64,000 bases of DNA from Piedraia hortae CBS 480.64 (Eukaryota): contig MU005977.1 in the NCBI GenBank assembly GCA_010093745.1, forward strand, positions 186,116 to 250,115. The letters are read 5' to 3'. Under the pieces are notes generated by a model. It had not been told where the DNA came from and did no database searches. It saw nothing but the letters and a program-made list of their open reading frames with translations. Shown piece after piece: positions 55,651-64,000 of the stretch; position 1 is the first letter of the stretch, and every line of letters starts with the position of its first letter. The translations under genes and the position numbers were made by a program.

Positions 55651-56880
55651 TTAGTGCCCCGGCCAACCCGTTGACGACTCCGGCGTCACATGTTGTACCG
55701 GCCGCGTCACCGACCGTGTGTTTGTGATCCGCCGATTCTTGCCCCTTCCTTTGATACCCTTGTTGCAGTTCTTGTAGAGTCCGCTAAAGTACTCCCACAT
55801 TTCCCGTTCCCATGCTTCCACCGTGCTGCCCTCTTGTACCGTCTCGAAGCGGGCCCGTAGCCGGCGGATTGTGTCGACATGGAATTTGTTTTGGTGGCTC
55901 TTGAGGTTTCCTAGCTGGGTGAACTGCTTGTAGCAGTTGTCCAGCTTGCAAACAAAGGGTTTGGTCGCTGTATGAACAATCTTATGCGCACGAACATTGC
56001 CGTGTTGTGCAAAGGTCTTGCCGCAGATGTCGCAATGGTATGGCCGCTCGCCCGTGTGCCGCCGCTCATGCGTCTTGAGGTTCCCAAGCTGGCTGAAACG
56101 CTGTCCACAGCTTGGCTCCTTGCACACAAAGGGCTTGATACCTGTGTGGGCTCGAGAGTGCAGCTCAAGATGTGTCTTTTGGTAGAAAGTCTTGCCGCAG
56201 TCGGGCACTTCGCAGTGGTACCGTTTTCGTGTTTTGCTAGATGATCGCACCGGCCTTTGCTTTGGCTCGGTAGACTGGGCTTTTGATTGGATGGCCCGCA
56301 TGAGAATATCAATGTCGGTAGAAAACTCGACCGGCTTAGCCGAAGTGGGGGTGGGTGGTGGGGGCTGCTTGGCCACCTCGGCCACATACTGCTTGGACAT
56401 GTCCTGAGGATACTGGACCTCGTTGGGGAAGAAAGCAGCAGGATGGATGGGTGAGGGCTTCTCTGTCTTGACAAAAGCCTCGTTCTCAAGGTTTGTGGTT
56501 AAACCCGGAGGCTTGATTTGGTGATGGTGCAGAAAAGTCATTGGCATCGAGTCTTGGGGCATCCAGGCAAGTGAGTTAAATCCAGAACTATCGAAGTTTG
56601 CTGCCAGGTTGCACGATTCGACATAGGCTGGGTCGTACGCCGACGTGGACACGGGGGCAGCAGCGAGCATTGTCGTGTCCGGGGCCAGGCTCATGGGATC
56701 TATGGCCATGGCATGGTGGTCCTGATGGTGGACATAGGGAGCAGCCGCCACTCCAGTCTCGGGACGGAGGTCCATCGAGTAGCCAGGCACGGCCTGGCCT
56801 ACGGGCGGATGGTGCTGAGGATGATACGAAGGCTGACGGAACAGCGAGGGATGATGTCCCAAGGGCAAGACGGCAGCCAT
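55651..56880 (-). CDS. AZF1: C2H2 zinc-finger transcription factor with four fingers (Azf1 family)
   Basis: YHCEVPDCGKTFYQKTHLELHSRAHTG, FSQLGNLKTHERRHTGERPY, FTQLGNLKSHQNKFH, LYKNCNKGIKGRGK. Confidence 0.93.
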   Translation of the reverse strand: MAAVLPLGHHPSLFRQPSYHPQHHPPVGQAVPGYSMDLRPETGVAAAPYVHHQDHHAMAIDPMSLAPDTTMLAAAPVSTSAYDPAYVESCNLAANFDSSGFNSLAWMPQDSMPMTFLHHHQIKPPGLTTNLENEAFVKTEKPSPIHPAAFFPNEVQYPQDMSKQYVAEVAKQPPPPTPTSAKPVEFSTDIDILMRAIQSKAQSTEPKQRPVRSSSKTRKRYHCEVPDCGKTFYQKTHLELHSRAHTGIKPFVCKEPSCGQRFSQLGNLKTHERRHTGERPYHCDICGKTFAQHGNVRAHKIVHTATKPFVCKLDNCYKQFTQLGNLKSHQNKFHVDTIRRLRARFETVQEGSTVEAWEREMWEYFSGLYKNCNKGIKGRGKNRRITNTRSVTRPVQHVTPESSTGWPGH

Positions 56881-56960
56881 GATGGATGACGTCCTGCACC
56901 AGACAGTCGGTCATACAGCGAGATGTCAGAGAATGGCAGCGCGGCAGGGTCAACCGTAGC

Positions 56961-56992
56961 GGCAGCACGGCAGCACGGCAGCACAGCAGCAA
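56961..56992. repeat. 8-bp tandem repeat (GGCAGCAC) x3-4 in the AZF1 5' leader
   Basis: ggcagcac ggcagcac ggcagcac agcagcaa. Confidence 0.8.
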
Positions 56993-57746
56993 CAGTGAGT
57001 TATAATACTGGGAGCATGCATGATATTATACCAAGTAACGCTGCTACGAGGAGTGCAGGCGGGCTGGAGGGGCCAGCAAGCGAGACGACAATCAAAGGCG
57101 TTGTCGCCATTGGCCGGGCTAGGCCGACGGGCGGCGCCTGGCTGTCGGGCAAAGACGCGCCCCCGGTGGTCGGGATCAGAGTGATCGGCCACCCGGGATG
57201 TCGGCCCTGCGTTAATCTCCACCCCCAGAGCTCCACCCCCGCCATTGGCGCCTCCACCTTATCTCTTCGGGCAATCCGGTGCTCCTAAGCAATCGATGGC
57301 CGCGCCAGCCTCGATGGCCGTAGGTGGCCTTAATGGGATATTCGTGACTGTCGTACCCCTCAGCAGTCGTATCATACCATCATCTGAGCCCTGTAGCTGC
57401 CGCTCGGCACTACTTTGTGCGTGGCCACAGCCATTCGGTTTTTGCACAGATGCTAGCGTGACGTCTCCCCGGGTCATCCATGCCCCACCAGCGTGGGACA
57501 GCCGCCCTGTTGGTGTCTAGATCAAGAAAACCTCCTTGCCGTGCAGTCACGTGGGTCATGTCACTTTACCCCGCGTGGCTCGCGCGTGGGCCTCGCGCCG
57601 TGCAAGCGTTGCAAGGGATGCCAGACAATAACGGTAATACACAGGCGACCGGTAATTCACCCCACAAAACGTCAGTTTGCACAACCCGCGACGCCCAACG
57701 GTACTCCCACTCCACATATGCAAGCGTTGCGGATCCACCTGCCACG

Positions 57747-58396
57747 ATGAGAGAACCGACAGCTGGACCTGCGCCGAGCACGCGATCCCACGACGTACTG
57801 GCAGCCGCTCAGATTCGTAGACCTGGCGGTCAGATAAGAGCTACAGGAGCGTCGACTGCGCCCGTTGTTGGGTTCGGGATGGCGCAGCAGGATGGTGACG
57901 CGGGTAGGGATCGCAATAACGAGGCGACAGAGGATCAGGCTGTCCCAAGACGCCAGTTGAGACCGCGTCGGAACCGAAAACTTCAGGGTTCGCCTGATGG
58001 GCGCTTGCGAGCGAGGAACAGTGATGAGCCGGACCTAGTGAACCGACACGCCGACGGTGGATTCCTGTGTCAAATAAATGACTTGCTTGAGGCTTCTTCC
58101 GAACAGCAAATGGAACTGATGCAGTTCGAACAAGAGCGCGCTCCTGGTAATCCTTGCCCTCCCCTTTTACCCTGCGGGCGCCTCGCTAACGTCGCCTAGA
58201 GATCCAGGATGACGAAATCATCCACAAAGTCCGCTGCTATTTCGCTTCTGGCGCAACATCCAAGAGAACCAAGCAGCCAAATGACGACGTCATTGTGCTT
58301 ATGTATAAGCGTCTCCATGCACAGGCTGTGTCGAAACTCGAAGATGAGCGTTGGCGATACGAGGCTGCAGACCGCTCTCGCATGCCTTTAATGTAA
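57747..58396 (+). CDS. Hypothetical two-exon protein (intron 58147-58199; start uncertain)
   Basis: G|GTAATC...GCTAAC...TAG| joins ...FEQERAP to EIQDDEIIHKVRCYF...AVSKLEDERWRYEAADRSRMPLM* with no stops. Confidence 0.5.
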
Positions 58397-60474
58397 TGCT
58401 TTGGGGGTATTTTGTATTACAAATAACTGTCCTGATATACTGTCGCGGTAGGGATTCCGTACATATACCAATTCTTCGGGTCAGGGCCCTGGGCACCCTG
58501 GACTCGGGAAATCTTCCCACACAATAATCCCGGCGTCACTGTTGCCTTGGGGTCATCACCTCATACTGCAACAGTTGCCTATTCTCGGGGGAATTGTTCA
58601 TGCGAGGCCATGCTCTGATCCAATGGCGCGAAGCAACCAGTCTCCAACACTCGAATCTGCCATCAGGAGGCGGTGAGGCACCGTGATTCCGATGATCGAC
58701 CGCCGTACCTCGGTGCTTCAATGCCGATTAATCTCATTGTTGGCGCGAGTTGCAGGCAATGTGGCGGGATCCGCGCCCGGGGAACATTCTATGCAGCTCC
58801 CCATTCACAAACACTTCCGGATACGTGTGCCCTCACGGAGCTGGCGTATTTGGGTAGTGGTCTTAAGCTCTGTCTTGCTCAAATAGAAAGCTGCAACTTC
58901 GCTTGCGGCAGTGATGTATTTAATCTATCTAGCCGTGGTGGTACATGCAATTAAAATGGAACAGGGCAGGGTCTGCACTATCCCCATCCATCTCTATCCG
59001 GGAACTCCAGACTTCTGCTGTTGTTGGCAACTGTACTTTGGGGACACTTGTCTGACTACTACCAGCAATTTGCCATAACTGTAAATGTTTTGGAAGCAGT
59101 TAGGGCCTAAAGGAAGGCATCATACATATAAGGCAGGAGGATGAAAGTAAGCATGGGCAGCTCAGCATGTCGCTGATAGCACACAGCTTACTTGCTGCAA
59201 TACCTCCAACGGATGCTCCAGCTCGCAGTAATTGTTGAGCATCGTTGGTGAAGAGGACATCCAGGGGTAACAAAACGTGGTCTACGTGGTGTGAATGCAC
59301 CGGCAAAAGGGAAACATGAACAGTTTATTGGTGATGCAAGAAGCATGGATCTTTCCAGTTGGTTTTGCAATGTTCTCGCGATAAGCCGCTCCAGATCCTG
59401 ACATGGCTGACCGGGAGTCTGGAGAGTGTACGGCTCCTTTAACACGTTTTCGAGATTGGCCTAGGGTCATGCGTTCATTACCTTATTGGTACTACACGAC
59501 GAGAACTTGCCAGCATGTACGTCCCACACAGCTAGATTCATTGAACTGACATTTTGTCTGATCAAGCATAGCATATGTCTGTCTTCGCCCATGGGGTGCG
59601 GTACATGCGTGTAGGACCACGTGGTCTTATAGATAGAATGGTCTGCACATGGTGACATCGGTGACACAGCCTGTCAACCTTTGATTCCGCACCGGCGACT
59701 GTCGGAAACGACCTGTCGTTTGCCATATTTTAGATTAGTGTACCACCGGGCGACCATGCAAGAAGTCGCGGGCTCGAATTCTCGTTCATTCCCGTCTCAT
59801 GAGACCATCTCGCAAGGGCTTGGACAAGACTGCAATAAGATGCATCGGCGACGCCATTAGATTAGAAGCAATAATCTTCAAATTGATTGGGGTGGAATCA
59901 TCTTCAGTTGTTGCGTATTGAAAGGGGACCGGTACCACGTGGCTGATTACAATGTGGTATAGTGGTCAAATGATATTTGCATGATTCAAGGGTAATGTGA
60001 AAGCCGTTATCATCCTAGTTTCTCGATATTCCTCGTAAAACTTCTTGAAAACAGTAAGCTGTGATCCTTGTTCTCTCGATCCATGTTCAAACTTCTAGTA
60101 ACACAAAGCCAAACATGTGGACCACCTGTGGACCATTCAGGACTCGGCTACATTATGGGTGAACCAAACTTGTACCGGACCAATGTAGTCTTTGTGCTTG
60201 TTCTCAACAATAAACAAAGGCAACAGCAGCGTTCCAGGGCACCTCAGTCAGCGCCTCAGCAGGGTTCAACGTATGAATCAGATTTTCCAAAGCCAACTGA
60301 GAACGAAGGAACTTAAAACGCGTTCCAACATTACCATCCCTTACCAACCTTCATCCACAGCGCATTATATCCAAGAGTGCTGTCAAACATGCACGAAGAA
60401 AAGTCTGGACGCAAAAGCACAACCTCTCTCTTTACCAAAAACAAAACCAACTGATCATATTCCCCCGTAACCCG

Positions 60475-60952
60475 TCAACCCGGACCCAACGAGTCAGAAT
60501 CAATTAACCCCCTTTGCAGCTCCTCCAGTCCCAGCATGTTCATTCTGTTGTACTCCCTGGCAGCCCTCTCAGCATAAGCCTCTTTGTACAGCAACAGCGC
60601 GTAGGTCCTAAAGCTCCACAGACACACCTTGCGGACCAAGAGTGGGCTTTTTTCTATCCCTTTTTTGCATGTTCTCATATAGGTCCCTCCCCCTCCATGG
60701 AAGATCTTTCCAGATCTTCATGATTGCGTGTCTCGTCTGTGCGCGGCCTGGCAACGCGTAATCCCTGTCCAACTCTAGATCCAGTCCGTGGCGGTTCATG
60801 AGCTCTTCTCGCACCTGTTCTCGCAGGACTGCTGTCATGACATCAATGGATTTTTGCGGTGACTTGAACGTTGTGTGTGCGATGCATTTGCAGTTAATCT
60901 CCGCGGTTGCGAGATCCTGTGGCATCGTCGGATTGATCCGGGAGTAAGCCAT
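60475..60952 (-). CDS. Divergent HMG-box-like small protein or frameshifted pseudogene
   Basis: REQVREELMNRHG...AIMKIWKDLPWRGRDLYENMQKRDRKK resembles HMG helices 2-3; a second frame continues past two A6 runs. Confidence 0.35.
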
Positions 60953-60989
60953 CTTTATTAATGGTTCGATTTATACCGCGGTCTTGTTT

Positions 60990-61950
60990 GATATCTGCTT
61001 GAGGGGTTCGAGGCGGGTTGGCTCGTTGGCATGCTATTCGAAATAAAGGCTCGAGTCGGGATAAAGAACATGGTTTCCTATTAGTCGGAGTCGGAAGGAA
61101 GGGAAGTGATTGCTTTGCAAGCTTTGAACATGTCATATCAACGTCTCGTCTCATGAAACTATTGAAACTGCGGTTCATAAACATGAGAATGTGCTTTCCA
61201 TTGCATGGTGATGTAGGATTTGATGCACCCGCTGAAATTGCACGCCCATTGCGCGCCCTGAACCTATGGCCCATTATACGTTCGGCTGCTCGAACCTGAG
61301 TGATAGGTAAAAAGTGGCTGGGCGACAAGTCGACATGCATGTCGTAAGGCAAAGCCGCATCGGACGCGGAACTTTGCACAAAGAACATGCATGCCGCATG
61401 TCTTTGTGTTCGTCAAACGAATTTTGATGCCTTCCACGCAGCTCAACTTGGGCGTGCAATTCAAGAGGCGCTCGCCATCGGGCTATAAACTGCTCATGAT
61501 GCAACTCTGCATGCTGTGGTGCAAACCGCTCTCCAGTTGAAAGGCAAAGTCCGGCGCAAAGTGCCGCAAATCACCATCTGAGGTCCTTGACTCACACACA
61601 TGACAGTGAACTTGATACTCCTGTATCCGGGCCAGCCAAGGCAGGGTAAGGTTCCAGGAGAGAGAAATCATGTTCGGTAACGCCGCCCACGCATCAAATG
61701 AGACATGAAGCCACCAATTAGCTCCTCCTCACGTGAGGCATACAAAAGCCAACAACCACATCTATAATATAAGCTTTCGTTACCAGGAAGTATCACACAC
61801 CCATCGAAAAGAACTAAGCAATTGTTGGCAACATCTCTAAATCCTACAGATATGGGTCGAACCTCCTCAATCCTACCACACTGTCGTTTTCCCACACAGT
61901 GCAGCCACGTAAGCACACCACATTACAGTTGGCAGGACTTTCCTCCCTTG
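60990..61950 (-). pseudogene. Decayed paralogue of the dispersed family (boundaries approximate)
   Basis: ggcccattatacgttcgg..tcgaacctgagtgataggtaaaaagtg (61268) aligns with ggcccttatagtcgg..ttgaacagagttactggagttaaagtg (1827); REEELI vs KEQELF. Confidence 0.4.
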
Positions 61951-63398
61951 CACTCGCGCTTGCAAATTATACTCTCCAGTGATGAAGCTTCATCAGAAAA
62001 GGAGCCTTTGTAGCGGCATTATCAAACACTTATAACCTGAACACATATAAGAATACGAACTTCTTTTGGTCTTCCATTCCAATCGTTAAACCATCTATTG
62101 CCTGAAAATTGTACTATTCCTAGAACAATCAAGAACGAAGGACTGAACGGAACACAAGGACGGCCTCATCTAGCGAAGAACAGACTGTTACCTAGCTTCG
62201 CGATTACGGCCAATAATTTCCGGGCCACTCAATCATGATTGAGTGCAATTGAAACTTTTCATCAAGGTTTTCGGCTTCGAATAGGAAAATTCGCTACGCC
62301 TTATAGAGAGCGCTTGGTAAGTGCCGGCGCTACACGAGAGTACTGGTGAGCTTGCCTACAAACTGCACCCTTCCCCCCAAGGCAAGTAGTCACAACCACT
62401 TTCTAAGAGTGGAAATCCTTCACGTACAGCATCGCTACTAACCCTTTAAACCCTTATCAAGCCGCAAGTATAGCGGAAGAAACAAACTCAAACTGTATCA
62501 TAACTCGTTCTTGGGAACAATTTTTCTTGCCTGGAGCACTAATTAATACCTTATAAGTTGAAGAGCCTTCTCGCTGTTTGGACACCGGGTACAAATGCGG
62601 CTACACCAACCTTACGTAAATTCAACCGCATAAGGGTCAATCAGAAGATAGCCTCTTGGACGCGGGGCAACTGAGCGTGGCCTATCATTTGGTTGAACTT
62701 GTATATGACTCAGCAAGCTAAGTTCGCTTCTTCCTTTTGGTCCTTTCAAAGCCGATGGACGGCTTCATGGGCTCAAAGGTTCCGCACAAAGCTCCATAGG
62801 AGGTTTGACTCACTTATACTGTAGGTAATTCCATTGAGATGGAGATTCTTGTAATTTTTGAGATGTGGATGCCTGTGAAAGTACATGGAAGGTAGAGGGA
62901 ATGATTGGGGTTGTTTTGAGCAATATCTGGTTGGGTGTTGAGGGCTGGAGGGGATGGCAGGAGGTGACGATATTCTGGGCGACGAATCCTTGAATTTGGT
63001 TGATTCTGTTATCTTCAGAGAGAGGCATTTACCTTGAAAATCCCGATGTTTTAGTAAATTTGAACCCATTGCTCGAGGAAACCGAGCTGAAAGCCTGATT
63101 CATTCCCCGAGAATTGAACATTCTACTGGACACATCAAAAACTTTGTTACACGGATGGAATTCCTGGAATGCAAGGCAAAACAGCTGAGAGATGACACTA
63201 CCCAGTGTGTCGAATACCAATTTGTAAAGAGATGGAAAGGTATGTAACAAAATATGCTTATTCATTTTATCCTACAGCGTGTTCCAACTCATAACTCAAA
63301 GCCAGTATAACGCAATGCCGTGCTTCCTTTCCACCATGTGAAACCTAACAGAAAACCTCCTGCCCCCAAGATTTCCTCCTCTCTGACCAATAGGAAGT

Positions 63399-63842
63399 TT
63401 AGCCGGAGAAGCATTCCGTCCGTCCGCTCTTGTCTCCCATCACAATGCAGGTAGCTCGCTCCGACGAATTCTCGCGCGCCCCTTTCTTTGAGGAAGAAGG
63501 CTTGAGTTTGACGCGAGGATCCGAAGGGGGGTTCCTGAGGTGATAGTTTGTCATAAGCTTGACTGCGCAAGGAAAAGAATCCGGCTGCCAGATGACGGCG
63601 AAATGCTCGTTGTTTCCTGACAATTTACGTTTTACCATGCCATTGCTATAGTAAAAGTGCTTTAGAACCTTGGCTGCCGCGTCCTCGCCACCCATGCAGT
63701 TGTGCACATTGGCTGTCTTCCTGCAGTCGGGACAGGTCTGCATGTGCTCTTCGAAGCGATGGAGATAGAACTTCTCGTTCTCTGTAGGTGGAGAGGTGTG
63801 GGCGGTGGTAGATGCTCTGAATTGCTGCTGGTGACGTGTCAT
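63399..63842 (-). CDS. Conserved-looking fungal hypothetical protein with an H-x3-C-x2-C-x8-C putative metal site
   Basis: PTENEKFYLHRFEEHMQTCPDCRKTANVHNCMGGEDAAAKVLKHFYY; TATA-like TATAAG about 58 nt upstream; clean ATG to stop. Confidence 0.6.
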   Translation of the reverse strand: MTRHQQQFRASTTAHTSPPTENEKFYLHRFEEHMQTCPDCRKTANVHNCMGGEDAAAKVLKHFYYSNGMVKRKLSGNNEHFAVIWQPDSFPCAVKLMTNYHLRNPPSDPRVKLKPSSSKKGARENSSERATCIVMGDKSGRTECFSG

Positions 63843-64000
63843 GATGTCTTGGCTTGAAGCTTTGAGTGCTGTTAGGTGTCTTGAAGACGGACAGAAACTC
63901 TTATACAGCCTCAGAAGCAGAGGAGCTTAGCACTGTGACAATTGATGAATACTCATCGTCACCGCCACCTAGTTACCATGTGACTCATTTAGTGAAGATG

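Overview
Eukaryotic, gene-dense genomic DNA from a filamentous ascomycete (Pezizomycotina; the short, mostly 42-56 nt GT-AG introns with CTRAC/CTAAT branch sites suggest a compact genome, probably Dothideomycete - inference). About 26 protein genes are recognisable: RPL25, TUP1, ERF4-like, SMP3, SKP1, SARAF, ELP3, RIT1, striatin, SMI1, NAPE-PLD, a tandem-cNMP/F-box/LRR protein, a small UPF0390 gene missed by the ORF track, an MFS sugar porter, HEM1, a SAT4/HAL kinase, RIM1, HSF1 (with a GC-AG intron), ORC6, VRG4, a secreted His1 protein, AZF1 and several hypotheticals. There are two tRNAs: Glu-TTC and intron-containing Leu-CAG. The main items worth following up are: (1) a secreted protein with an apparent LPMO-type histidine brace that I cannot place in a characterised AA family; (2) a ~1.95 kb TIR element inserted 7 bp after the HEM1 stop codon, carrying a decayed USP-like peptidase and PARP-type zinc finger but no visible transposase; (3) an F-box/LRR protein with two cyclic-nucleotide-binding cassettes that both carry the cGMP-type Arg-Thr signature; (4) a decayed Helitron-like fragment; (5) gene-free islands that look like decayed paralogues of one another. 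All identifications come from motif recognition by eye; no database searches were run.
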